This document shows, piece after piece, positions 39,379-52,715 of a stretch of 64,000 bases of DNA. The stretch is taken from positions 231,012,001 through 231,076,000 of the forward strand of contig OZ024743.1 in the NCBI GenBank assembly GCA_964016885.1. The letters are read 5' to 3'. A program made the position numbers and the translations under genes. The notes under the pieces were generated by a model. That model was not told the DNA's origin. It ran no database searches and saw only the letters and a program-made list of their open reading frames with translations. The number at the start of each line of letters is the position of its first letter. Position 1 is the stretch's first letter. The DNA comes from Eledone cirrhosa. Lineage: Eukaryota.

Positions 39379-39611
39379 TGTGTGAAAGACCAAAGGTCAT
39401 TATTTAAAGTCTCCGGATATCGCAAATTACACAATATTTTTATTGGAGAAGATAATATATTTTTCCGCTTATATATTTATATATTTTTTGAAAATGTTAT
39501 TTATTCATTATCAACATTTAAATGATGCCATTCTATATGTAGATGGGGCCTCTTCATCTGCCACACATTTTTAGACCTAGTTCGCCACTGTATATAGATA
39601 TATATATAGAG

Positions 39612-39666
<55 letters not shown>

Positions 39667-39669
39667 TCA

Positions 39670-42600
39670 CGTTTGAAGGTTCACCACTGGATAGAGTTGG
39701 TCATTCAGTATGGTCAATCTTAATGTAATAATATGGAGAGTACTCAACGTGAAGCAATTCAACCGTCTTCGTTTTTGTAGTTGGTGGTGTTAGTACGGAG
39801 TTAAATATTATAATAAAATGACAGGAGGCTGGACTTGTGTAAATCATTGAAAGGTTTATTATACTATGATCATTTCAATGACCGGGTTCCCTATGAATTC
39901 GGTGCTATTATCAGGTATTCGAAATATAATGAATGAATGTAATAGATAAAATCCAAGGGGCTGAAAATCAAAGACCGGAGGACGACCGACCATCTAGCTT
40001 CTTCCCCTTTAGCCGGTCGCCTTCTAGTGCTGACTATTCGCTCTACTTGAGGCTATCTGGTGAGGGGGTAAAGCTTATATAGTGTGCTACTACCTTGCCC
40101 GTCAAATAGAAGAAAAATAGAAAGGGAGAGGAAGATAAGTCAGTGTTAATATCATGCTACACGAAAAAAGACAGAAAGAAGGGGGAAGAAAAGGAAGAAG
40201 AAGAAAAGTCAGCGTTAATGTCGAGCTACAAGAAGAAAGACACAAAGAAAGAGTAAGAAAAGTCCGTACTAATGTCAAGCTACTCAGGCCAGGAATGGCG
40301 CGAAAAAAAATGTCATTCTAAAGACCCTTATCTTAGCAGAGGTATATATTATAACAGAGGTAAATATAGTAGGGGTCTATATGTTATAATGTGTGAGCAG
40401 AAGATTGGAACGTAAAAATTTGGTTTAGATTTATAGGATGAAGTTAAACAAATTTAACATATTAACATTATAAAATTAAAGAAATTAGAAATATGAAATT
40501 AAACAGTTTAAACAGTTTAAAATGTGTAAGGTTTTGGTTGCGAGGTTTAAGTAAAGAAAGAGTCTTTTATGAAGAAACTTAAATTGTATTATTGAGTAAA
40601 GATTATGAATTTGTTTAGCAGTCAAACAGCATATGGCAACTGCAGGCTCCGTCGGCCCATCCTAGCCGCGTGTCAGCCCTTCCGTGTGAGATCGCCTAGC
40701 GAAAGATATGGAAATCAATTTTTCCAAGCACTCTAGAAATTTATAACAGGCTTCAGGTGCGCCAGTGGGAAGTCAACCCTCATCGTTAGGCCATCATTGT
40801 ACCAGTACTAAACCAGTACTATTGATTTACCCAGGAGGGGGATTTGTTTAAGTAGAGGGAGGCGTGATACATCTCATAGTTAAGATTCGGTCTACAATTT
40901 AAAGGTACTATATGGCGGTCAGAAACCCGGCTGCGCGCCGGGCCCCTGGGGGTGAATCATGCCGCTCCTAGAAGTTTCATTTACCGAGAGAAGGGGAAAT
41001 TTACTTTTCCAAGCACTCAAGATAGGCCTATTCGCCAGGAGGCCGGTCGCGCAGCCAGGAAAACCAACCCAACAGCCCGACAGAAAATTGGAACGTTAAA
41101 TTATTGTTTAGATTTATAGGATGAAGTTAAAAAATTAAAGATTAACGTTATAAAATTAAAGAGTTAGAAAATTGAGAATTAAACAGTTAGAAAATTGAAA
41201 ATTAAACAGTTTAAAACTTTTTTAATGTTTTGGGTTGCGAGGTTTAGTTAAAGAGAGAGTCTTTTTAGTTAAAGAGAGAGTCTTTCATGAAGAAACTTTA
41301 ATTGTATTATGGAGATCCTCTATAAGTTATCCTAGTGGGGTGTAGAGTAAAGGATATGTCCTTGTTTAGCAGTCAGACAGCATGTGGCGACTGCAGACCC
41401 CGACCAGCCCATCCAAATCACATGTCAGCCATTCCGCGTGAGATCGCTTAGCGAAAGATATGGAAATCAATTATTCCAAGCACTCGAGGAATGTATTCCA
41501 GGCTTCGGGTGTGCTAGTGGGGAGTCATCCATCGTCGTTATGCCGACGTTATGCCAAAAAAGTACTATTATTTATACAGGAGAGTCCGGGTAATATGTAT
41601 TTTTGTTCTCAGGGGAAGACATTCTAGTGTCGTGTGCTAATGGGTACAAGCGAGTAGAAGTCCTAATAAGAAGCGTAAAAAATACATGGATATATAGAAG
41701 TGCAATACGTGGAAAAAGCACATTAATAAAGCAAAGGTAGAAATATATAAATAAACAAAGAGGAGTGGTGGTGGAGTAAAATGGAGAAATCAAAACACAG
41801 GAGAAATACAATATAGTTCAAATTGCTGTCAGATAATGCATATAGATATGGAAATGGTATCAGTATGTGTTCGAGTCTGAGAATTCAGTGTGACTTACAG
41901 AGGCCCTGAAGTATAGGGTAGAGAGTTTAGTCACTACAGTACAGTACAATACAGGTTATGGTATAATCCGTAGAATTTTGTCGAAGTCTGAATATTCCGA
42001 GAGGGGAGTAGTATTGGGCCAGGTGGGCGGTAAACAAAGCTCAGAGTAGCCAAAATCTGAATGGTGGTTAGATCTATTCAGTCCCATGCCGTTGTTCATT
42101 ATTACATTTGGAAGTGCTCAACACTTCAGGAGCATTATTTATTCAGGTTTGAAGGTTCACCACTGGATAGAGCTGGTCAATTCCGTATGGTCAATCTTAA
42201 TGTAATAATATGGAGAGTACTCAACGTAAAGCAGTTCAACCGTCTTCGTTTTTGTAGTTAGTGGTGCTAGTACGGAGTTAAATATTATAATAAAATGACA
42301 GGAGGCTGGACTTGTATAAATCCTTGAAAGGTTTATTATACTATGATCATTTCAATGACCGGGTTCGCCGCATGCTGTTTGACAGCTAAACAGAGACATA
42401 ATCTTTACTCTATAATACAATTTAAGTTTCTTCATAAAAGACTCTTTCTTTATTTAAACCTCGCAACCAAAACCTTAAAAATGTTAAACTGTTTAATTTT
42501 CAATTTTCTAATTTCTTTAATTTTAAAATGTTAATATTAAATGTTAAATTTAAACAAACATTTAACGTTCCAATCTTCTGCTCACACATTATAACATGCA

Positions 42601-43161
42601 GACTCCCACTATATTTACCTCTGTTATAATATATACCTCTGCTAAGATAAGGGTCCTTTAGAATGACATTTTTTCGCGCCATTCCTGGCCAGAATAGCTT
42701 GACATTAGTACGGACTTTTCTTACTCTTTCTTTGTGTCTTTCTTCTTGTAGCTCGACATTAACGCTGACTTTTCTTCTTCTTCCTTTTCTTCCCCCTTCT
42801 TTCTGTCTTTTTTCGTGTAGCATGATATTAACGCTGAATTATCTTCCTCTCCCTTTCTGATTTTCTTCTATTTGACCGGGAGGGTAGTCGCACATTCTAA
42901 GCTTTACGCCCCTCACCAGATAGTCTCAAGTAGAGCAAATAGCCAGCACCAGAGGGCGACCGGCTTAAGTGGAAGATGCTAGATGGTCGGTCGTCCTCCG
43001 GTCTTTGATTTTGAGCCCCATGGATTTTATCTATTACATTCATATATTATATTTCAGATATCTGGTGATATCACCGGATTCATACGGAACCCGGTCATTG
43101 AAATCATCATAGTATAATAAACCTTTCAAGGATTTGCACAAGTCCAGCCTCCTGTCATTTT

Positions 43162-43170
<9 letters not shown>
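39670..43170 (-). mobile_element. 3.5-kb non-coding element with PLE-like direct + inverted repeat architecture
   Basis: 39671-39888 repeated directly at 42146-42367. 39810-40635 inverted at 42370-43170. 40405-40830 duplicated at ~41085-41580. Flanked by (TA)n. Confidence 0.75.
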
Positions 43171-43194
<24 letters not shown>

Positions 43195-43347
43195 GCGATC
43201 ATAGACGGCTAGTCTACGATTTCCCGCCTTCACTATATACCAATGTATTTACGGGTCACTTTCACGACCTTTCAGACCTGTATTAGTTGGAGTGAGGTCA
43301 TATATTTTGTCGTTCCTGGGGTTTTTAACCCTAGGACAGGAAAATGC

Positions 43348-43425
43348 TTCTCTGATGATCGTTGCTTTTCCATTAATATCCACGTGATATCTAATGTTTT
43401 GCACCGTGAAACTGTACAGTTAGGG
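43348..43425 (+). ncRNA. Hammerhead ribozyme with long stem II and 10-nt palindromic stem III
   Basis: ttct CTGATGA t-cgttgc...gcaccg-t GAA ACTGTACAGT T aggg. Upstream tttcccgcc (E2F-like) and ctatata. Confidence 0.7.
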
Positions 43426-43541
43426 CCATTTGAATAGGTAAATATTTATATTATATTTTCTTAATTTTGATTAATTTTAATTGTATATTAATTTTGATTT
43501 ATTTTGAAAAATTGGTTGAATTTTACTTGTTCTGCTTATCT

Positions 43542-43612
<71 letters not shown>

Positions 43613-43613
<1 letters not shown>

Positions 43614-44689
43614 CAAGCTGTGGCACGCCGCCCAGGCCTTGCTCTTCCTCTCAACCACATCATCTTCCGTATTCCCAATCTTTGCTCCCAAATACAGGAA
43701 GCCCTCAACCAATTCTAGCGGCTTCCCGCCTACATTAGTGAACCCCTCTGGCTTATCAACATTCTCTACCAGATATTTTGTTTTAGTCTCATTCATTCTC
43801 AGCCCCACACTCATCGACATAGTCTCAACCTCCCGCATCAAATCCTCTGCCTCCTTCACTGTATTTGTCACCAAAACTATGTCGTCGGCAAACTCAGCAT
43901 CCGATACCTTTTTCGCCCTAACTCTCCTTCTCTGAGCCGGTGCTACAGTAAAGCCAGAGTCCTGGTGTTTCTCCAGTGCAAGGCGCATACAATAGTCCAC
44001 TACGATGATAAAAAGGTAGGGAGCCAATTTATCTCGCTGGAGCACTCCAGCCAGTATCTCAAAGAACTCTGTCATCCCATCAGGTGTAATGACTTGGCTT
44101 TGGTGTTGGTGTAGAGCAGTGATATCAGGTCCACTATCTTCTTGGGGATTCCATAAGCCTGTAACATCTTCATCAGGCAGTAACGGTCCACAGAATCAAC
44201 TTTCTCTACCAGATTGGTGTGGATGTCGGACCTTCGTAGAGACCTGAAGATCCGCCTCTTCATTGCTGTAGTGGAGTCTGTGCTCTGTATGGGTCTGAGA
44301 CTTGGACACTGACCAAGAAACTCACTCAGATGGTGGATGGGTGCTACACGAGAATGCTGAGGATGTCTCTGAACATTAATCAGTATACACTGAGGATGAA
44401 AAACTCAGAGCTGTATGGGAGCATCCCAAAGGTCAGCTCAAAAGTGACACAGAGGAGACTGAGGTTAGCTGGACATGCTCACCGACATCCAGAGTTGACA
44501 TTGCACTCAGTGCACCTTTGGGAGCCCCTACACGGATACACTAGAAGAGGAAGACCAAGGTTAACGTATGTTGATGCCCTAAGGACAGACACTGGTCTGT
44601 TGGAGACGCAGGACATGGCAGCGATAATGAGGGACAGAGAACGCTGGAGAGAACTCGTCCATGGATCTCGGGTATTTTACCCGCCTTAG
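43613..44689. mobile_element. RTE-group LINE insertion with inverted 5' segment (RT 43613-44212 on minus; 3' end 44213-44689 on plus)
   Basis: Minus: GVLQRDKLAPYLFIIVVDY, EFADDIVL, FLYLG, KAWAACHSL. Plus: [34 protein letters not shown]. Confidence 0.9.
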
Positions 44690-44723
44690 ATATATATATG
44701 TATATATATATATAAACATTTAT

Positions 44724-44817
<94 letters not shown>

Positions 44818-44874
44818 CATGGTAAGGGCGGTGCCCGTCATGGCTTCAGCCGGATGGCTGAAACAGGTAAAAAA

Positions 44875-44934
<60 letters not shown>

Positions 44935-45411
44935 AGAGAGAGTGGGGGTGAGAAATGAGGTGTAACAGAAATGAAACATGGATTACAGGTTGAAAGACTT
45001 TCTCTCTACTGACCTCTTCCTCACACTTCCACTCACTCACTCACTGTTTCTCCCCTTCTCACATCACCCCGTTCGCGACGAATACAATTTCCTTCTTTCT
45101 TACATTTGGATTCATCTCGAAAGGTCTTTTCTCTACGCGCTCATATATTCACCCAGCTTAAGCTGACAGAATAACTATGTAGCTTGTACCCTTCCTATCT
45201 ACGGTTAGCTTTCCTCTATGTTGTTTACTTGTCTCACTCGCTTTACGCGTTTTAATTTTCCTAATAACTTAATTTAGTTATTATTGCACGAATGTGAGGT
45301 ATATGATTTTTAATGCAATGAAATATCTATGATCGTTGGCAAATCACTGATGAGGGACTCATTTTATAACATGTTATCCATGTGCAACCTGCAGTATTCT
45401 TCTCCCCATTT

Positions 45412-45454
<43 letters not shown>

Positions 45455-46357
45455 GCCAATCATTGTAAGTTTGAATCTGACATGCAGATACATATATATA
45501 TATATATGAATAAGTAGGCCCAAATCGTAGTATATTAAAATATTACAGAGAGTAAGAGAGAGAGGGGAGGGGGGTATGTGGTACAACAGAAATGAAACAT
45601 CGATTATAGTTTAAAATATAGTCTAGATAGTTGTGAAACAAAACGAGGATGTAGTTTATGGAACTTCCAAATGATTTAGAAGTCGACCTTAAGTAGGATC
45701 ATTAACATTAAGAAAGACATGGACCACAACATATCACTTTGGTCTTGAAATTTTTGAAGGTAGGTTTATAAGTATGAATTATCCTAATATTTTCGTAGTT
45801 GTTTATGTGGCCTAACCGTAGGTACCAGATCTGGTGGCGATCCTGTCCTTAGGTTCAATCATATTCAAGAAGTACATGTAAACTTTTTCAGCTTTTAATT
45901 TACAACCCATAGAAAAAAACTAAAAGGTTTTAATGGGAACTCTACTCCCAACCAGGATCGAACTTCAGACCAGGATCACCACCATCTATGATTCCTCCAG
46001 CTAGGCAACCGAGACAGCTACAAGAGTTTAATGAAAATTGATAATTATAAAACTACTTTCACAATCAAAGTTTAAAAGATGTGCTGTCGTTCGTGGCTTT
46101 CCTAGAGCTATTAGAAATATTTAGAGTCGATTTCTGGTCATTATTGAAAGTCTCTCGATTTAGTGAAATACATAATATTTTTTATTGGAGAAGGTAAGAT
46201 ATTATTCCGCAAAAATGTGATTGCACCCTCTTTGCTTTAATTTTACGAAAACGTTATTTATTCATTACAAAAAATGAAATGGTAGCATTCTATATGTAGA
46301 TGCCCCCCCCCCTTCATCTGGCTACCAATATTTTTAGACCCAGGCTGCTACTGTATA

Positions 46358-46386
<29 letters not shown>

Positions 46387-46393
<7 letters not shown>

Positions 46394-46996
46394 TGTATGT
46401 ATGTATGTACTGGTAACATGTATCCCAGTACAACCTGGCTCATGGTCGGGTCGTTGGCGACTAAACTGGCAACCTCACCAGGGTCTCTTGGTGAGGAGGG
46501 TGACGTTGGACATCCTGCAGGACTAAAAGCAAAACCTGTCAAAGGGCAAAGGAGCTCTTAAGAGTCAATGGCTATCCAAAATCACCGGGAGAGATGACCC
46601 CTTAGCCTTTGTCAAGGCAGACTTCTAGGAGAAGGAAAACTCTGATATAATACCTGCAACCCTGATGGTATCCAATGATGTTGACTTGTTCTTCTTTTTG
46701 GTAAATATCATCTTGGTTAAGAGAGTGGGACTGGCTTTGTGCAGTGCCTTTGCTCACTATAAAAGCTTCACGGCACAGGCATTGCTTTATATCTGGAGAT
46801 CTCTCTACACTTGTCGTCACATGATACCATGGGCCCAGCACTATGCTTCAATAATTGTCACAAGTGTAGTGTTTGTACCAGAGTTTTCAAGTCGCTGGCT
46901 GGACTAAAAAGTCACACTCGTTTAGCGCATCAGTAGGGGTTCTCCTACATGGATATAAAGTAGTGGCCGTACTCGAAAACGAGTTTGCAGACACCA
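46387..46996 (+). mobile_element. Bipartite RTE-derived element, copy B
   Basis: Near-identical to copy A. Flanked by (TATG)n/(TA)n. Confidence 0.85.
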
Positions 46997-47094
46997 TATA
47001 TATATATATGTATATATGTATGTATATATGTATATGTGTATATGTATATGTGTATGTATATGTATGTGTATGTATATATATGTGTATATGTATG

Positions 47095-47128
<34 letters not shown>

Positions 47129-47560
47129 TGTATGTATGTATATATATATATGTATATGTGTGTGTATTTATGCATGTATATGTATGTATATGTATGTGTA
47201 TATATGTGTATATATATGTGTATGTATGTATGTATCAGGTTTGATGGTCTTTATTCTCTCGTTCACGATTCCACCGAATTTATATTCATAGAAATCTGGG
47301 ACTTGTTTCTTTCTTCGTCATCACTTTCTGTTGCTTAAACCATTTTGTTTGTTACCCTAGCGTCCCCTTTATTTACGTGTCCCAACGACTTTTTTTAGCC
47401 GTTGCTCGCACTAACCTGAGGTATATGGCCTTTAAAGCGACGAAATGCCTACGACGGTTGGAAGGCCACTGATGAAGGACAAACTTTTTCATATGTAACC
47501 CATTTGCAACGCCGCAGCTCCATTATTATCATATGTATATATATGTATATATGTATGTAT

Positions 47561-47861
47561 GTTTTCTCTTTCTCTTAATTTCGAGTATATTTTTTTGACC
47601 GGCCACCTTCCTGGTGGCAAGGTCCTAAAAGAAAAGAAATTGTCATCCCTTGAATCGCAAGAATGTTTTGCATATTTTGAAGGTGCCAGCTATCGCAGCC
47701 ATTTGTAGACTATGAATTAGGGAGCTGCGCTTTTTGTCCGCAAATCCAAGTTCGGTCATACTTTGGTCCAAGCGGGTTGGTATATAACCCGTAGCACCAA
47801 TAATGATGGGTATGAAGCTAAAGGTGTATCTTGGATACTGGATTTGTAAGCTCCTCATCAA
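47561..47861 (-). mobile_element. R4/Dong-like (RLE) non-LTR element, 3' end, within (TACA)n
   Basis: FIPIIIGATGYIP...LQMAAIAGTFKICKTFL* is typical of RLE C-termini. 3'UTR hairpin gccacc-aggaa-ggtggc. Confidence 0.75.
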
Positions 47862-47914
47862 TGTATGTATGTATGTATGTATGTATGTATGTATGTATGT
47901 ATGTCAGGTCACCA

Positions 47915-48510
47915 GTTGGTGCTACTGGTAACATGTATCCCAGTACAACCTGTCTCATGGTCGGGTCGTTGGCGACTAAACTGGCAACCCCACAAAGGTT
48001 TCTTGGTGAGGAGGGTGACTTAGGACATGCTGCAGGACACAAAACAAAACCTGTCAAAGGGCAGATGAGCTCTTAAGAGTCAATGGCCATCTAAAATCAC
48101 CGGGAGAGATGACCCCTTAGCCTTTGTCAAGGCAGAATTCTAGGAGAAGGAAAACTCTGATATAACACCTGCATCCCTGATGGTATCGAATGATGTTGAC
48201 TTGTTCTTCTTTTTGGTAAATATCATCTTGGTTAAGAGAGTGGGACTGGCTTTGTGCAGTGCCTTTGCTCACTATAAAATATTCACGGCACAGGCATTGC
48301 TTTATATCTGGAGATCTCTCTGCACTTGTCGTCACATTGTACCAAGGGCCCAGCACTATGTGTCAATAATTGTCACAGGTGTAGTGTTTGTACCAGAGTT
48401 TTCAGGTCGCTGGCTGGACTAAAAAGTCACACTCGTTTAGCGCATCGGTAGGAGTTCTCCTACATGGATATAAAGTAGTGGCCGTACTCGAAAACGAGTT
48501 GGCAGCCACC
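47915..48510 (+). mobile_element. Bipartite RTE-derived element, copy C
   Basis: Near-identical to copies A and B. Confidence 0.85.
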
Positions 48511-49855
48511 ATGTATGTATGAATGTATGTATAACTATTATTCTACCTCCAGCAGGCCAAGCCATTTTGCTGAGATTCGCCCGAGTTGATTCGATAAGAT
48601 GTTGCTAACTCCTGTTGTAGAAACTCGGTGGTGGTGCCAGCGATGCTGTGATCTTGACGGTGCTGCCGATATCGTTGATATTGGCGGTACTATTTTTTTC
48701 AGTTAAATAAGGAATTCAGGTTGAGATTAGGAGTGGATTGTTGAATGAAGGTACTCATGTGATATCGTAAGGTCGGTCGAATGCATTTAGGGTTTTCCAA
48801 TGTTGTGTAATGTTGTGAAATGTTGTACAGTGAGTTGTTTGTCGGGCCTGTGTGACTATGCAATAATATTTGTTGTTTTTCAACCGTACGCAAGTTCGTC
48901 ATAGGACAACACAACCTCAGCTCGTACTAAAGAGGACCACTTGGTTTTTTTAAAATTATATCTAATTCATTTGTCCAATGTAATGTGTCGTTTGTCTAAA
49001 GACAACTGTTTAAAAGCAAGTTGGCTGCTATTTCTAGCAGGTGTAATGAATCAGTGAAGACTCCCTCGTTGGTTATAGCTGGTGTGGCCTAGTATGACGA
49101 TTATAGTGTGGTGTGCTCTACTGTGCTATGGTGTCGTGTGGTTGTTTATCTATGCTATTTAGTGTGGTGTGTATGGGTGTGGTGTGTTATGCTGTTGTGG
49201 TGATGAGATAGGGGAGATAAGAGCAGCACGAATGTTTGTCTATATGATTTGATGTAGTGTAGTGTAAAGATAATCATCGATGGGTGTGAGGGGAAGCTGC
49301 AGAAAGTTGTAGCTGTTTGTCTGTATGATTTGGTGTGGCAGAGTGTAGGTGGTTGCAGAGGTGTTGAACGTTTGGGAGCAGAAACTGAAGAGAGTTGTCG
49401 CTGTTTGTCTATATGATTTGGCACTGTGTGATGTAGTGTAGTGTGGTATAGTGTGGGGACTTGTGTAGTATAGAGCAATGCGACTGCTTGAAACAAACCG
49501 GACGCAGCGTTCGCCTGGGTGTTTCCATTTTCCAGAAGATTCTGGACTGACGATCAAATCCTGTGAATAGAATTAGTTATCTACCACCAAACAACATTCC
49601 TTCCTTTCCGTTCATTTTTACTAACAGAGATTTCCACTTCCGTTCGGCTGCCAATTAAATACATCACACTCTTATACCGGAAATGAAAGACAAGGTTGCA
49701 GCGATCACTTGAAATGGTGGATATGTCTGCTTGCCCGCCTGCCCGACCGTCCGCCCGTAACTTTTTATTTCTCTCGCCTTCTTTTCTCATAGTCTCACCC
49801 TTCTGTACATAACGTACACATCGATACAACTCAGTTTTCTAAATTTGTCACTACG

Positions 49856-49982
<127 letters not shown>

Positions 49983-50394
49983 CAAACACACAAAGAAAAC
50001 GAAACAATCAACTATTCAGGATAATAAATGTATATGTACAGACACACGGCACACACGCATATATACACACACATATTGCTTATATAGCACGGCTAACACG
50101 CGACTAGCCCTCTGAATGTCATTTTGAGCAGAAGGCGTAAATTAAATAAACTAGTTGTTCTATAAATAGGTATACGTATGTATGTATGTATGTATGTATG
50201 TATGTATGTATGTATGTATGTATGTATGTATGTATGTACGTATGGGCTGAATAACTCACAAAAGTCAACGGCCATCCACATATATATATACACATGTACA
50301 TATGTATGTATATGTGTATATACATGAGTGCATGTGTATGTATATGCGCGGGGACACAGAAATAGTCGGGCTGGACACCCGATCGCTCGGTTAA

Positions 50395-50680
50395 ACCCCT
50401 AGCCTTTGTCAGGGCATTCTTCTCGGAGAAGGCAACTCAGGAAACTGGGAAAACTCCGATATAAAACCTGCGCCTCAATAGTTACCGACGGTGTTGATCT
50501 TTTCTTCTTTTCGGGTTATAGCTGCTGTCGCTCAAAGAGTAGGATTGGCTCAGTGCACAGTCTTTCCTCACTTTAAAAAAATCTTCACAGGCATTGCAAG
50601 ATAGAATTAATTAATAATTTTTAATAATGGTATATCGTGCAATGGCCATACTCGATAACGAGGGGGACAGCCATCACCAT
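50395..50680 (+). mobile_element. Diverged shorter relative of the bipartite RTE family
   Basis: ccctagcctttgtcagggc..ggagaagg..aaaactccgatataaaacctg..tggccatactcgataacgag..cagccatcacca. Confidence 0.65.
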
Positions 50681-50787
50681 GTATGTATGCATGTGTGTAC
50701 GCATGTATGTATGTATGCATGTATATATGTATTTATGCCTGTGTGTATGTATGTGTGTATGTATGCTCGTATGTAACTATGTCAAAA

Positions 50788-51258
50788 AAAACAAAACCTG
50801 TCAAAGGGCAAAGGAGCTCTTAAGAGTCAATGGCCATCCAAAATCACCGGGAGAGATGACCCCTTAGCCTTTGTCAAGGTAGAATTCTAGGAGAAGGAAA
50901 ACTCTGATATAACACCTGCAACCCTGATGGTATTCAATAATGTTAACTTGTTCTTCTTTTTGGTAAATAACATCTTGGTTAAGAGAGTGGGACTGGCTTT
51001 GTGCAGTGACTTTGCTCACTATAAAAGCTTCACGGCACAGGCATTGCTTTATATCTGGAGATCTCTCTGTACTTGTCGTCACATGGTACCATGGGCACAG
51101 CACTATGTGTCAATAATTGTCACAAGTGTAGTGTTTGTACCAGAGTTTTCAAGTCGCTGGCTGGACTAAAAATGCACACTCGTTCAGCGCATCGGTAGGA
51201 GTTCTCCTACATGGATATAATGTAGTGGCCGTACTCGAAAACGAGTCGGCAACCACCA
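50788..51258 (+). mobile_element. Bipartite RTE-derived element, copy D (5'-truncated)
   Basis: Starts at aaaacaaaacctgtcaaaggg and has the same 3' end as the other copies. Confidence 0.85.
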
Positions 51259-52646
51259 TGTAACTATGTAGCGAGTGAGAGACGAATATATACAGTATAT
51301 ATATATATATTAATGAACGCACAGTTTGTCACTATAAAAATTTAGCGCTCAACAGATGGAGTGTAGCTTTGGAGTATTAATTTTATTTCACTTAAAATCA
51401 AGCTTGTTCGTTTGTAAAATTATATCTCCGGGGATTCGACATCAAAGAATAGAAAATTTTCTGCAGCTTGCAACCCCCTTCTTCATCTAGTTTCATCAAA
51501 GGAGACAGTGGGAATTACACAATATGAGATCTTAAACATAAAGAATATGTGTGGTAAACATCTGCCAGTCTCTACGGTGAGTTTTTCTGATGTTCAATGA
51601 ACGAAACAGCCTGATATTAAAATTATAACTAGCAAGTAGCTAGTTAGGCATTACATAGACACGAGTACTCTTACCATAATTTTCTTTGAGATTCAGCGTT
51701 AATCAGATTGTGGCGAAACTTTATATCTCGTCACTGTTGTGGCTGTTGTTTAATCTAAATTATTTTTCTGACGTTGCAAAATTATGGTCAAAGCTATAAT
51801 CGATAAAATAAGTGTCAGACTTGAAACAATAGTACTAAGATTAATATGATCGATTAATTCCTTCAAACGATACCCATAATATCCAGGGTCTCATGAGAGA
51901 AATCAAACGAGTCCAAAAGCCATTTAATATGCCGTTGAGCATCTATCATACTGGATTTGAATGGAGATTCATCAGTTTCGACGATGAGTGTTCCAGTTGT
52001 TGAATCCTGGGATCGGTCTATTCGTGAAATTAGCAGACGTGTTAAAGTAATCCTGAGACAGATTTTGACTGACAATGTTTCAGCACTGTTTACATACTAT
52101 TGTTATGGTATACAGCACTCGTCCAAAATTCACGAACCCGGGTACGACTCATTGCGAAACAAATTCTGTCACCATCGGCCATGATACATCTTCTAGAAAT
52201 GTACTTGGCCATATGCCTATATATAGGTACCGGGACCTACTTGGTGAAAGTGTTATTATAATTTTCTGGTGTATTCTTTTCCTTTATCGCTAAAGTGATT
52301 ACACAAGTCTTTGTAAAGTCATCCGGAAATCTTTTGATATTGAAGTCGTTCACTGTTCAATAATTTGGCTCTGGATGTCGATCAAAGAATTTTACTTACT
52401 CCAATGAACCGTAATACCGATCTAAAATAAAAAGAAAACTGGAAGTATACATGGAAGCGGCGGTGGTGTTTCTGATGGTGTTGTTGTTGCGTAGTGTGTA
52501 GTTGCTGGGAGGGGCATGATCTCACTTCCCTATATATATTTCCCTATATATATATATATATGCGTGTTTGTGTGTATATATTTTTGCTCGCATGATGTAT
52601 AATTCGGATGCTCATAGCACATACACTTTATATGATTATAGACTCT

Positions 52647-52715
<69 letters not shown>

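Noticed and set aside
40053-40085. ctggtgagggggtaaagcttata as a plus-strand hammerhead
   Set aside because: Core mismatches, no stem II, and stem I is not conserved in the inverted copy. It reads better as a minus-strand TATA region.
45348-45400. CTGATGAG motif (also CTGAGGA at 6876 and 4137 minus)
   Set aside because: No correctly placed GAAA with supporting stems.
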